DNA of 62,849 nucleotides, filler included, from Choristocarpus tenellus KU-1152 (lineage: Eukaryota > Protista > Phaeophyceae): NCBI GenBank assembly GCA_964200185.2. It is 8 parts of 8 records of this genome, joined end to end, with 100 filler letters (N's around TTAATTAATTAA, not from the genome) between each part and the next. Parts side by side here need not be neighbours in the genome. Positions count along the whole stretch, not along the records: positions 24,492 to 35,509 come from CAXNAD020002564.1; positions 35,610 to 39,626 come from CAXNAD020016652.1; 6 more parts are not named here. One strand, 5' to 3'. A program made the position numbers and the translations under genes. Positions 26,408-39,626 of the stretch are shown piece by piece; position 1 is the stretch's first letter; each line of letters opens with the position of its first letter. The notes below the pieces were generated by a model, which was not told where the DNA came from, did no database searches, and saw only the letters and a program-made list of their open reading frames with translations.

Positions 26408-28844
26408 ATGGCGGACAAGATAACTACAGCGCAAGAGCAGCAGGTGTCTGCAACACGAGAAACATGCCTGCTCTCATCTTGACACGCCTTGTTTTTTCGT
26501 ATTCGCGTCTCACCTAACTTGGTGTCACCTTCCATTCCCTTACCTTCCCTAAACTTCTCTACAACCATACCATGATGGCATGTCCCCTGTGTGCAGTATG
26601 AACGCCTCTATGAGCTCGGCATTGTGGTTAAGGAGGAGCATGAAAACCCTGCCAAGAGGGATCGCCAAGGAGTCCGGAGGACACTGTCTGGCAATATGCT
26701 GCGCGGTGTGTTTGCCGAATTCCTGGGGTCACTGCTCTTCTTGTTCTTCGGTGGGTCTTCCACCTTGTCTCTGAGGAGAGCCGCTGGAGAGAATTCTAGT
26801 GAATGAAGTTGTTCCCTACTGGTAGAAACAGGTCTTCTCTATGCAGGTTTACTTGGTGGACAGTGCACAATTCCTAATTTGCCCATAAACAGTCACCCAG
26901 CGTATCCTTACTACCTCCACATTGACCGTGTTTCATCCCGGTGAGAAGAAGAGGAGTAGAGACTACTCAATCGTGCATCACCCCCACGCAATACTGGATA
27001 ACTGTAATAATTGCGCTGTCGATTGAAGAAACCAAAGGTCCAGGTCTATTTTTTCACGACCCATCACCCTCGTGTAGCACCTTTACAATATTTTCTGTTC
27101 GTCGGCAATAAGATGTGAAGATGACCTTTTTTCGCGTCTCCAAATAATGACTATATTTCCCTCTTGTCAAATATCCTGCTCCCTACGAAATTGGCAACAG
27201 TGATCTCCACGGCCCGATTGGTGGAGCCTGACACTGCCCTTACCGATGCCTCCGGTACCAGGCTAATGGTTGCTCTCAGCTTCGGCCTCACCATTTTTGT
27301 ACTCGTGTGAGTCTGTCTACTAACCAATGTTTGAAGACCAAGATATTTTCCTGATCTTGTGTTTGCAGACCTGGGGCATGTTGCACAAGTGTGTGTTGTT
27401 TAAGACTCAGTGCAAACCATCTCTTCGGTACTATATTAATGTTAATTGCTTAATTTCAGAAAGAACACTCAAGGTTCTGTACTTGAACGGAAGGAATGCC
27501 TTTAATCTTTAATCTGTTGCGGTTGCTTTTCCTTTTCGAAGATATGTTCTGGCATCGGCTTCTGGTGCGAATCTCAATCCTGCGGTGTCCATTGGGCTGC
27601 TGGTTGGCAAACGCATCAGCCTCGAGCGATTCGTGTTGTATGTGATAGCGCAGGCGAGTAGAGAATTTTGGAGTATTCTCTATGGAATTCATGTCCAGTT
27701 TTTGTTTTCGGGCATAGATCCTGGTGTGTTACATAGTGCCACCTACTATTTGCTACTTGCAAACCAGTGAGTGGCTAGTTTATTTCTCCACACTTGATTT
27801 GAAGCTCTATATTTAAATTCATATTTCCTTCTTACACTGACTGTGGAGAACCAATTTGATTGCAGTGTGCTGGTGCAATAGCTGGAGCAGGCATCGCTTC
27901 AACCTTCAAGGAGAGCAGTGCTGGTGGACAAAATGAAATTGCAGATGGTATTGACGTGAGTTAGTTTTGTGTCTTTGTGCAGCTGTATCTTATCACACTA
28001 CACTTCTGTGCATTTGTTCTAATCTGCAGCTTGAACTTTTATGATTCCTCATCTCTGCCCGATGTTTGCATCAGGTGGAGGATGCCTTTGGTGGAGAGGT
28101 AATTTGCACTTTCATGCTGGTATTGACTGTGTTTGCTGCGACTGATGGAGAGATGGGTCGCAAACTGCACCACATCCAACCCATGCTCCCTCTTGCCATT
28201 GGAATGGCTGTTACTATCGGTGAGTACTGCATTCTGCACTTGATTGCCAGACACTTGTCTATAGTCAGTGGTGTGGTTCTGATTGATTGAGAGAGATGGC
28301 TATTGAAGTAGCAGAACGTTTCGACTGTGCAAGTAGTTCAGTAGTATTTAAGCTGTCGTGTGAAGGAGTGTCTTTTGCTAGCATTTACATGTTTGTAACA
28401 CAGGTCCTTTTGCTTCATGTTCGACTCTTGTGTGCACATGTTGCCTGTCGTCATGTCAGCACACCTTGTTCTAATCCCTGTGGATGGGTGCTCCATCAAC
28501 CCTGCCCGCTCTCTTGCCACGAGTGTTACGAACAACCACTACGATGACCACTGGTGAGAATGTATGATATGTTTTCTGAGTGTCTTCATTCATTCCTATT
28601 TTGAGTACCAGTTGCAATCTTTAAATGTATCCTTGTTACTATTTGTTTGGCCAACCCATACCTTCTTTCCCAATTTTAACTTCTTAAGCTTCACTGTACC
28701 TCTCTTCACTCCAGGGTATTTTGGGTGGGTCCTATGCTTGGAGGTGTTCTCGCCACATGTGTGTGGGAGGTAATTCTTCGCCCCAAGCACCCCGTTCTCC
28801 CGTCCAACATGGTTGCGCTAGCTCAAGAACAGGGTGCATGTTAA
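26408..28844 (+). CDS. Aquaporin (MIP family), complete 8-exon gene
   Basis: Exons 26408-26443, 26597-26750 (AEFLGSLLFLFF), 27201-27306, 27542-27653 (SGANLNPAVS), 27866-27955, 28075-28219, 28460-28553 (GCSINPARS) and 28715-28844 (WVFWVGP, TAA). Two NPA boxes; all phases join. Confidence 0.96.
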
Positions 28845-29889
28845 GGGAGATGTAGGTGGAAGGCCTGCCCTGGTGTGGAGATCTTGTGTGGTATGTCTAC
28901 CAACAGTTTGGAGCACAATATAATGTTAACTGCAAGCTTCTGTATTTTGATCGTCTTTTACCAGCTTGTATGGTTCTGTGTGCATGATTCATGGCGAATT
29001 TGTAGTCGCAGTGGTTGCTCCTTGAATGGATGGGATTGTATCAGTAGTAATGATTGTATGTCACATTGTACTCTGTATGTGTCATATTTGAGAGTAAAAG
29101 AACAAGATGTTATTTTCTTGATTGTATTTTTACCACTACAAGACAAAGGATGAAGGGGCACCTGCTGTGCCCTTGTGCTGGGATTGAAACCCAGCTTCTG
29201 TTGGTAGAGATGTGACAAAAAGAACAGATTGAACTGCTCTTAGGAAAGGTTTATAGATAGCAAACCGCAGACTCAGAGGACCATACTATAGGGAATGTGT
29301 TAGAAGAGAAATGTTTTCTTGATAAAAGACCGTAGGTTAAGAACTTTAAGAATTCCAAAGAGAGGACATCAATAAAGAAAGAACATCTTGGACTATGGAA
29401 ACCTCACACCAGAAAGATGGAAACCAGTTGTGATTCTACATCATCACAACATTACACACCATTAGGACTGAATTTTCCCAATAATTCTATACCTCAATCA
29501 TTATTTGCTTTTACTAGGTGCCACTTCAAGGTGTATATCGTGTAATGGGTTGCTTACTACACTAAGCAATTACGCGTAGTTTATAATGTGAAATGCATTC
29601 AGGACATCCATTATGAGTGATCCAGCATGCTCACACAAAATCTGTTGTGTCATCGGATTCAAAGCAACTTCAAATAGTTGCATCTCTCCTAGAATATGCA
29701 TTCAGAGATTCCAATTGTTGAAGTGGGAAAGTAATGTGGACCAACATTATGCTGAGCCGTGCAAACCAAGCGCAGATGCTATTTTTAGTGGGGATATACT
29801 GTGCACCATCTGCAGGTGGAAATTATGTGTAAGTATATTCGTTGTGTAGGTACCATGTTTCTGTTCAAATATCTAATTGGCAGATAAAA

Positions 29890-30620
29890 AGTAGATTCAG
29901 GTGCTAGGTCAAACAGAGCCACAAGCAGACAGGCTAACAAGTTTGTTTACCTTGGATGCATCATAATCGAAGATTACATTCATGGTATCACTGCCGAGGT
30001 TTGCTACAGTTTGAGAATGCAGCCTGGGGTTGCTTAGGTATAATTGTCACATCCGTTGTGCCTGAACTAGAGGTATACTGCATGGCCTGAGAAAACAAAT
30101 GCTTCAGGTGGAAATGCATAAGATACTCCCGTTGTGATAAGGTTGTGACATGTGCACTCCAGATCAATAGTCATGGTCCTGCAGTGGCATTGAGAGGAAA
30201 GAGGCAATGTGGCTGTGCCTGGTTACCAGAGGCGGAATGTGCCACAGAAGGCTATGCTTTTCTGTGCAATCCACCATGTAAAGCTCCGTTCACACCATCA
30301 AAACCCCCTACTCCTGCTTCAATGTTACTGATTTCGAAAATGGGAATGTATCTATTGTAGGAAGAAGCTCTTGTGAAGGCGCGTTCGCAGGATCATCAGG
30401 TGCACCCATATAGGATAAGCAACGTTAGCAAAGGCGCTAATGTTTGAGAAACTTGCAAGTAAAGTGCACAGATAGGTTGGAGAGTAGAAAGAGTACTGGT
30501 GGATGTGTTGGGAGGACGACGTTCTTGGAAAGTCAAGGAGAGCCATACAATGGCAGAAATCACTGCCAGGTGGTACTAATGTGTGTGTCAAGGAGGATGA
30601 TGAGTGGCATACCATAGAGC
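29890..30620 (+). mobile_element. RTE-like LINE remnant (RT C-terminal part)
   Basis: Degenerate KFVYLGCII, AWGC and GC-x-T(W)-like motifs among many stops. Confidence 0.65.
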
Positions 30621-31170
30621 CGTCTGTTATGCTAGGTAATGCTATAGCAGCAACTAAGGAAGCTAAAGCAGATTAGGGTACATACCCACTCTTGAATGTT
30701 GAATGTGCTTTCCCGAAAATGATTGGTCTCTTTTATTGAGTATTTATTCTTTTCGCACATCGTTTTTGGTGACATTGATTATTTGATCGTACGGTTAGCG
30801 CATTTTGTTTCTGGCTTGATGCAACATATCCCAGCCATAAGCAACTCCAATATGTTGTGATCAGAAAGATAATACAAAATTAGGGTAGAAAATGTGCATT
30901 TTTATTTGTGTACCATATTGTCTGGAGTACTTCGTGTATCAATGACCAAAAACAGAGATGATACATAGTGCTGACGATGAAAAAATGAATTGGATAAATA
31001 CAGCAAGAAAATGATACTCGGAGTTTCATATTCACAAGAAAGATCAATTTCAAGCATGGGAGATGAGTGACTCCCAAATTATTGATGTCGGAGGAGCTTG
31101 CAGATCTATGAAAAACCGAAACAAGGTGGGCAGGAGAATAACTGGTAGATGTATCTGCAAGGTGACCTTA

Positions 31171-31432
31171 GAGTCAAAAGTTAATGAAAGGTATCCAGAT
31201 TTGGATTTTAAGGATGCTCATAAGTATGTCCAAAACTCGGCATTTTTTACTATTGTGTTTTAGATATTTTCTAGATTATGTCGGAAAAGGTTCAAACAAT
31301 GGAGAAATAAACGCTCTCATATCAAACTTGGAACTTCAATCATAGAAATATGGGGGAATCACAAATGATTGAAAAACAGATTTGAAATGCAAAATGGCCT
31401 AAACCTGTGGTACCTCTCGTTTGCGTTGGGTC
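31171..31432 (+). mobile_element. MITE family D copy
   Basis: GAGTCAAAAGTT...GGTACCTCTCGTTTGCGTTGGGTC, flanked by CTTA on both sides. Homologous to 51395-51651. Confidence 0.8.
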
Positions 31433-31479
31433 CTTACGAAGTTCAGGATGGCGGTTGAGTTATGGAGCACAAGGGCAAC

Positions 31480-32640
31480 CGACCAACACAGACAGGTGAT
31501 AAAAGTGCGCATTTGGCAGAGCAATGAGGTTCATGGCAGAGTGGTATTCCAAGGAAGCTGTGGTAGCTGATGAACGTCATGCTAAAGCAGCAACTAAAGC
31601 AACCCAAGGAGTTGCCATTGGGATGTTGGATGGCATGGTAAGGGCGGGGAAGCTTGCCCGGTGCAGAGAGCATGGTAAACTATGGAGGTCGATAATAGTA
31701 GCTTTCAATAATAGTAACTATCATTGGACACCTTCCCCTCTTCTTCTACCTGTAGTTGAACAATACGAAAGGGATGGCTGGTCCAGGATGTGCTTTGATT
31801 TATGCGATCGGTCCAGATAATCTCCCAGCTGAGATCCTGAAACTTGACCTAAAGGAGGATGAGATTATCCTCCAGAATTTCCCGAAGATTTTATCTGCTG
31901 TGTGGTACCAGGAAGATGTGCCACACGCAGATCTGGCAAGATGCAGTGATCACAGTGCCCCACAAAAAAGAAGGATCAAACAGATTGCAGTAACTACAGG
32001 GGGAAGGGAATCTTCTGGGTGGCACACACTGGCAGAAGTGCTTCTCAAGGTGGTTGCATGGCAACTGGGGATATAACCTGGAATGGGAGAACATATACTC
32101 CACGAGGAACTGTGGCTTCTGACCCTGACACTCCACCATGGGCATGATATATACTCCTACTATACATGCCATCCAAGAGGTCGACCGGGAAAAGCATTTA
32201 CCTCTGTTCATGTGTTGCATTGACCTGCAGAATACGATCTCCTGTATGCCGTGCTTGCCAAGTCGGAGATACCCGAGAAGAATATTTTAGTCATCCACTA
32301 ATTCCATGATGGAAAGCTGCCAAGCGTTTGTATGGATGACGGAGAGTGCACAGACTGGTTTGAGGTGTGACAGGCTTTGACAAGGAGGTTATGTTCTTCC
32401 CATTTTCTTCAACATCTTCACAGCAGTGCTAAATGTACCAGGTAAGGAGTTCATATATGATTCTACCATCTCCAAGGGCCTTATACTTTCATCAAGAAAG
32501 TGACCACAATCGGGTAAGAGGACGAGGAATGGGGAGTGAGTTAGCACTACTTGAGCGGCTACTGTTATGTATGCTTGTTGCACTGACGATGCAGGCATTG
32601 TGTCTAAGATCCAAGCAGGTTTGCCCAGTGTAGTGACCAC
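31480..32640 (+). mobile_element. RTE-like LINE remnants (a C-terminal piece followed by an RT domain)
   Basis: RFMAEW...ERHAK; GPDNLPAEILKL; LFMCCIDL; FHDG; DDGECTDWFEV; QG..LPIFFNIF; (Y)xDDAGIVS catalytic remnant. Frameshifted. Confidence 0.85.
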
Positions 32641-33552
32641 GGAATCCCTCCTGCTTCACAACCCACCAATGAAATATGCTCTTCACTTTTCGCACGAATT
32701 TTTGAAAAAATAGTTCTAACTCTAACCTTAACCCTAGCCCTAAAACTAAACCCAAACCTAATCTGAGGTTGTGAGTGAAAAATTCCCTAATTTGCTAACC
32801 AAACATTCCGCGAGAAGTTTTACATTTTGGTTTTGCTGTACAGTATGTACTGGGGAATCACCATGTCGCAAGGATCCACCAATATCATCTCTTTTTTACT
32901 CACACACACACATTCTCGGAAACCTAGACCTAGCCCTATCCCTTCTTTGGGACTTACCATCGTCTTAGGGATTACCACTCCAAAAAATACCTGGGGCTTA
33001 CACAGGGTTGGGCAGTTAGCATGTCCACTGCCTAACAGATGGCCGCAGACTGGTCTGTGACTCAGTCATGTTGAAACTTTTGATGACCATGAACTCGGTC
33101 ATGTTGAGTAAGCAGTGACCATAGACTTGGTCATATTATACATATTCGGTCGGTGGCCCGGTTGTGTTAAGTCAAGACCATGGACTTGGCCATGTTAGAA
33201 TAGAACATTTATCTATGGTCCGTCAGGTTATATTTATTTCACACTCAGACCAGCCACGCCATTTCCATGCCTTCCTAATTCACTCTAAATATATCTTGTA
33301 TCCTATACTACTACTACTCCTATTAGGAGGGCAGGGGTATAGCATACCTAGTATGAAAATAGTAAATAGATTATAGAAAAAGTCTCTCGCATTTACAACA
33401 ACTGTTACTTTTTCAGGAGTTATTATGATATATATATTTTTTTCGTTGTTTTTTGTTGTGACGTCTGTAAAATGTCAAAGGGCATAATAAAAATATATAG
33501 TTCTATTCTGGATCATTTTCTATTTTACTATTCTAACTAATAAAATGATAAA

Positions 33553-33806
33553 GAGTGAAAGTATCTTAGAGGGTACGAGTTTTTCCCTGTTTCTCCATTA
33601 TTTGCTTCTCACGGGTTTTTAATGACATTTTACCTACTCCAAAATGTTTCGGAGTAGGTAAAATGTATACGTTATGAAAAGGAGTGTCCGGAACAAGAAT
33701 ATTGACATCTCCTAACAAACACGATAGTCAAAATTACATCAAAATTGTAATATTGGATTTTGGCCTCCAAATGGACGTGGCTCTACCCTCTAAGATACTT
33801 TGACTC
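33553..33806 (-). mobile_element. MITE family A, complete copy
   Basis: TIR GAGTGAAAGTATCTTAGAGGGTA / TACCCTCTAAGATACTTTGACTC. Confidence 0.9.
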
Positions 33807-34421
33807 AAATATAATGTACAATAAATAATTTGTTGGGTGGCCAAGGTGATCTGTGATCTCTGTGTGTGGCAACTTACCCTCCAATATGTTCTACACATTT
33901 TATTGTTTGTATGGAAAGGCCAAACGAAATCGACAGATGACTTGTAGAACATGCAGTGGACATGATCCGGAAGTGCCAGAAAAATATTGAAGTGGTTGAA
34001 GGCCATCATGGTCCGGATATGCAACGAAAAACCTTAGATCACCCAGTGGACATGGACCGTTCAATACCTACTCGACACGAACTGGGACATTTAAAATAAT
34101 TGTGGGGTAGGTCGGCCCATTTTTTTGAACCATTTGGATATGTTTTTTTTTACTTTAAGACTTGTTTACAGAGATTTTTTCCCACTTTTTCACATGTGTT
34201 GGGGGATGTCTTTTCAAGGTCTTCATACGCTTTTGGGGATGTTTTTTTGGACAATTTCGTCAATTAATTTAGGGAGACTTTGTGGCATTGGAGGAAGAGT
34301 TTTTTCTACATTTTTTTATATATATATTTGCAATATTCATATTTTTACGCATTTTATAAAAACGGTTCTCCTCAATCTTTTCAAAACTTTGTAATGAACA
34401 TAGCCATCATTTCCCAAAACA

Positions 34422-34605
34422 ACCCAAAGTATCTGGGGGAGGAGGATCTCTACACCAGGGTGTCCATTTGAACCAAAATAATGAAAAGTGCATATATATT
34501 ATCCATCCGAAGTATGTAAACAAATAACCCAAAAATCGCGATATGATTAAAAATTGACGCCAAATAATGGACAGACGCCACCCCCCCCTCTTGATACTTT
34601 GAACC
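34422..34605 (-). mobile_element. MITE family B, complete copy
   Basis: ACCCAAAGTATCTGGGG...GATACTTTGAACC. Confidence 0.88.
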
Positions 34606-35385
34606 AACATTTTTGCAACCTGCTGTCTGTGTATTTGGGATGTTCTTGGACAAATTTAACCAAAAACACATTTTGAAGCATTTATTTGTACAATTCTATG
34701 CCACCCAGTTTCTTCCACACTCTTTCCAGTGGTAATGATGAAAGTAGTTGATATAGGTTAGGGTTAGATTGTAGCTGGCAGTTCTGAAGATAAAATTTTG
34801 TTCAAAATTCTTGTCCTGTATGCACAGCATATTTGTGTGTAGTTTAGAGAAAACATCAGGTTGTGTTGAATATGCTATCACTGTACGCAAACAGTGACCT
34901 CGTCGTCAGGGCCTACATTATGTTGGAGGAAGGGGTACAAAACGTTTTAGAGGTAAGAAATAATTGAAGTTGTGATATTTTCTGTTGTTATTTTTGTAGT
35001 GTTTATGTATAAGCTTATTACCCAACCTTTCGCCAAAATATGTTCACTTCTCGTGTGACCTTTTCTGGGACGAATTAAAAAACTTTGTATTAACAATATT
35101 TTTTTGTATTTTTTATTGATTGTCTGATGCTGTGACGGCGTGGTTCACTCAGGTATAGGTGGTGAAAAGAATCACCGACCAATACGGACCAGACGGACCC
35201 AGACGAGCCGTAACCGAGAGGACAAGGCTATGGTTGGACTAGTGCAAGACCGCAAGGACTTGCAGGGAAAAGTGGGGAACTGAGGAAGTAGTGGGGAGGA
35301 TCGTGGTTCGGATTTGTTTCAGAAAAGAAACCCTTAGATATGGAGATCCGCCTTCGGAAAAAAACGTACTCAAAAGGGAACATTA

Positions 35386-35509
35386 GGGCAAAAGTATCTG
35401 GGGAGGGGGAGGGGGTCTACACCAGGGTGTCCATTTGACCCCAAATCAGGAAAAGTGCATTTACATTATCCATCGGACGTATGCAGCCAAATCACCCAAA
35501 AATCGCGAC
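35386..35509 (-). mobile_element. MITE family B, partial
   Basis: Same internal sequence; truncated by gap. Confidence 0.85.
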
Positions 35510-35609
35510 NNNNNNNNNNNNNNNNNNNNNNNNNNNNNNNNNNNNNNNNNNNNTTAATTAATTAANNNNNNNNNNNNNNNNNNNNNNNNNNNNNNNNNNN
35601 NNNNNNNNN

Positions 35610-35826
35610 GCGTCCGTTTCGGTCAAACAATTTTATTTTTTGCTGACATTTCAATTCCGACACGTGCGACCAAATCACACCAAAAAAGAGCAGATAAAAG
35701 GTATACCTTTTGAAAAGGTGTGTCCGGAACAAGCATATTTACACTTCCTAACAAGCGTGATACCCAAAATTACATCAAAATCACAAAATTGGGTTTTTGC
35801 CCCCAATTGGACGCGACTCTACCCTA
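35610..35826 (-). mobile_element. MITE family A-related, partial
   Basis: Shares GTGTCCGGAACAAG...TTACATCAAAATC...GGACGCGACTCTACCCT with family A. Confidence 0.75.
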
Positions 35827-35952
35827 ACCCTAGAATACATTGGGTCGTTTATGTTGTTCATGTTTGTATCGTTTGGTCAGTTGTGTGTGAGCTGTTACAG
35901 CCTGGGTCAGCCCCGGCCTGCTTCAGTGGAGATGATGCGATCTTCTCGACGG

Positions 35953-36018
35953 GTGCTTGACCTGTCTGATCTGGACCGGGACGGCAAGCTGGACAAGGAG
36001 GAGTTCTACGTTGCGATG
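35953..36018 (+). CDS. Single exon of an EH-domain (EF-hand) protein, EHD/Eps15-like
   Basis: VLDLSDLDRDGKLDKEEFYVAM matches the EH-domain EF-hand, followed by a GTGCGT donor. Acceptor unclear and other exons not found. Confidence 0.6.
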
Positions 36019-36154
36019 TGCGTTTTCTGTATTTTTTGGGGGGGGTTATTTTTTTTGTTTCGGGTACACTGCTGCGTCTGCATTACTGATGTCCATGTAC
36101 GCGTTCTTTTTTTTTCTGCATTTTTTTTCTTTTTTTGTTTTCGCTAACTCTGTA

Positions 36155-36315
36155 ATAATAATAATTATAATAATACTTACGAATAGTGCTATCTCTGGAG
36201 TGTGATAATAATAATAATAATAATAATGTTAATTATAATAATACTTACGAATAGTGCTATCTCTGGAGTGTAATAATAATAATAATACTTACGAATAGTG
36301 CTATCTCTGGAGTGT
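36155..36315. repeat. Compound tandem repeat (AAT)n + ACTTACGAATAGTGCTATCTCTGGAGTGT x3
   Basis: Three identical cores separated by AAT tracts of variable length. Confidence 0.92.
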
Positions 36316-37744
36316 GGCCATCTTATCTCGTGTTTGAGATAAAAAAAAAAAATGTATGTGAGGATTAGAAGAGATGTGTCCTGTGGTGGATGTGATGGGA
36401 CGTGGACCTCTAAAGATGGGGGGACAAAAACGTGGACCTGTTAGCATGTGTGTCACTTGACCGGAATCACCCTTGATTGAAATTTATTTTAATCTTATTT
36501 TTTATCGTGTCATATTTGTTAATCTTCATGTTCTTAGTTTTGGACTATTTTTGGTCAATAAGCTTGCGGGAGGGTATGTTCTGTTCTAAATTATTCTGTT
36601 CTAAATTATTCTCCGAAGTGACCACTCTGACCTCTCGACCGTGCAAGACACGGGTACACCTATTGTAGTGCCCCTGCCCCCTTTGGTATTTGCCGTGTTC
36701 GAAACAGGTCTGATGTGTCTTCTCGGCTTGCGGTGTGTGTTATGTGTGTGTTATGTGTGTGTTATGTGTATGTTGTGTGTGTGTTATGTGTATGTTGTGT
36801 GTGTGTGTGTGTATGTGTCCTTTATGTTGGGACTATTCTCATTGACGAAAAATAATCTCCTCCTTAGGGTTATAGGGTCTTGGTTGACTTTTTTGTTGGT
36901 GACTTTTTGGGCAATATGTATGTGTGTACTGAGATGCTTTGTTAAAAGAAATGGTATTTTTTTGTTGGTGATGTTTTGTGTGGAGGCGGTTATCTTTTGT
37001 TTTTCCTCCGGAGGCGTTTGCTGATACTTGCTTCTTCCATTTTTTTTTTCTTTGGATGTTGAAGTTTTTATTTTTTGCAAGGGAATGAATGTGCACTGGT
37101 GATCTGTTCGTGCTAGTGCATCCATTGCAATCAGACTCCAAAGTGTGGATGAAATGGGGATGTATGTAACACTCCAGTGTGCAACAAGTCACCCTCCCCC
37201 CCCCTCCCCCCTGCCAAAGAATTGGATACTTCAATATTTTTATCGTTAATATTAATTGCCACCAATAGGGGACTGAATGTGGGGGTTTCAGATATTGAGT
37301 TAGAGTGTATGATGTTCCTTACTGATGGCAAGAGCCAAGCCCAGCATGGCTTTTGACAGTTTCTTTTAAACCCTTGCTGTGTCCTTGACAAAAAAACGCA
37401 ATTATATGTTCATCCCTTTATCAAAATTTACTTTTCTTTATTTTTTTGTTGACTAAGTGCATAATATATTTCAAAATATGAAGAAAAAAAAAATCATCAT
37501 GCTACAGGATCTATAGATGAGGTTGTAGATTGTTTCCTCCGTTCAAAAACGCATATCATATCTCCACACAAGACACTGAATGAAGAGCTTGTACTGTTGT
37601 AACTTCAACAACAGCTTCCCTTCCCATGCATGATTGATGAGGAGTGATGTTTTTTTTAATTTGTGGATACTTTGAGGTTATGTCTTAGTTACCAAGTATG
37701 TCTGTGCAATTGATAGGAGGACAGAAAGTGAAGTATTGTTGCAC

Positions 37745-37945
37745 TTGAACACATACCCTTGACATGCCCTTGAACACATTATCTTAACACACCCTTGAAC
37801 ACATTTCCTTAACGTGCCCATCAACACATATCCTAAAATACTCTCGAACACATACCCTTAACATACCCTTTGAATTATATCCTTAATGTGCCCTTGAACG
37901 CATTTCCTCAACATACCCTTTAACACATATCCTTAACATACCTTT
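37745..37945. repeat. Degenerate ~24-bp minisatellite (TTGAACACATAYCCTTAACAYRCCC-like)
   Basis: About 8 diverged tandem units. Confidence 0.85.
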
Positions 37946-38138
37946 TGTGTGGTCCCTCCTTTCCCCTAATCCTCAGTGTACAAGAATAGCACTATAACTC
38001 TTGCTGTGTTTCACATCAAGCTCGTTACATCACATTCCTTACATACTTTCTGAGAATAATACTGGTGCAGCACTTATTGCTACTTAAAACCCTAACACTA
38101 ACATTACACCCACAAAAAGGTGTTTTCTATGTATACAA

Positions 38139-38188
38139 ACATACATACATACATACATACATACATACATACATACATACATACATAC
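38139..38188. repeat. (ACAT)n microsatellite
   Basis: About 12 units. Confidence 0.95.
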
Positions 38189-39458
38189 ACTTAATATGTA
38201 AAGGGAGAAATTGGAGGGAAAAAATGCATGTCATGGACCTGAGGTGACAGATGTAACACACAGAAAAAAGAAAGACTGTCATTCTATTGGTGGAAGTGTT
38301 TCTTTTCATGTACCAGACCACCCGCCCCTCAATCTGTGTACTACTCATACACACTTGATTTGCAACATACATACATACATATGCCAGGTTCCTTTGCCGA
38401 CGCCACGCCTATGGGGAGGCGTTGCCCTCTTCACTTACACCATGGATGGTTCCGCCTTCTAAGTGGGGATTGCTAGACACAACCCGAAACCACTCCCAAT
38501 CCCGTTGATTTGAGCGGTAGCTTTTGCCTTGGCTGCATCTATGTCCACGTTGATGTCTTGTCATGCGTACACCTGCTGTATTTCTATTGGGCAGAAACAG
38601 TGTAGTGAGTGTGGAAGTATGGGGCCTGGGCTCAGGACGATGCTCGAAGACCTTTTCTGTTCTATTAGTAGATTGACTATGGCATTTCATCAGTGAATGG
38701 ATAGCTTGTCTAAATTAGCGTTTGGGAGGATTGTGCTCGTGTATGTGATAGCTATGTGATCTAATCTCATGGGGATCGATCTTGTTTACAATATCACAAG
38801 ATAATAAGTTTATGAGGGGTGGCGACTTTTTGAAGTTGGTGTTGCTGTATTTTTGAGATCTATGGATAGACAGCTAGAAAACAGGTGCTGTCTCACCTCT
38901 CTGATCTCGTTTTTTTTTCTTTGTGAGTCGCCCCGCCCCATTGGTCTCATGCATGGGGTCAATAAGTCGATCCACTGATTGCTTGTAAATATGACATCCT
39001 GCTTACAAAGTTGAAGGGAGGGGAGGAGGAGATGTAGTGTAGTCCTTGACCCCAATGCTTGAGTGTTTATTGACATTGTGCAGTGTATCTATCTTCTGTT
39101 TTATGTGTTGCCTAGGTTGAGTATGTATCTATGAGGGAGGAACTGGACTGACTGGTGGTGTGCAGATAACAATCCTTGTTGACAAAGTTCATTGACCCTC
39201 ACAAAACAGATTGTGACAAGAGGGTCTCACGCCTGTTCAATTGAGAACATACTCTGAGAGGGATCTTGAGCATTTATTTGTGCAGTGGCTGGTTTTTTCA
39301 AATGAGCAAGCGTTTGAATGGTGTTATCCTCCTTTTTTTCAGTTATTCTACACATCCTTTATGCTAGAGGTGCAGCACTAGTCGATAATGCACTGCACAG
39401 CTGTGCAGTGATCTCGCTAGGTAGGGTACTACTAGCAGGTATGTAAGGATTTACTTGG

Positions 39459-39626
39459 GGCTCAAAGTATCTTGGGGGGGTGACGGTTGTCCAGTTGGGG
39501 CCAATTTTTTCATGTCACGATTTCTGGGTGGTTTGGTTGCATACATCGGATGGATAATGTAAGTGCACTTTTCCTGGTTATGGCCCAAATGGTCACCCTG
39601 GTGTAGACCCCCTCCCCCCCCCCCCC
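39459..39626 (+). mobile_element. MITE family B, right end lost in gap
   Basis: GGCTCAAAGTATCTTGGGG plus shared body. Confidence 0.85.
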
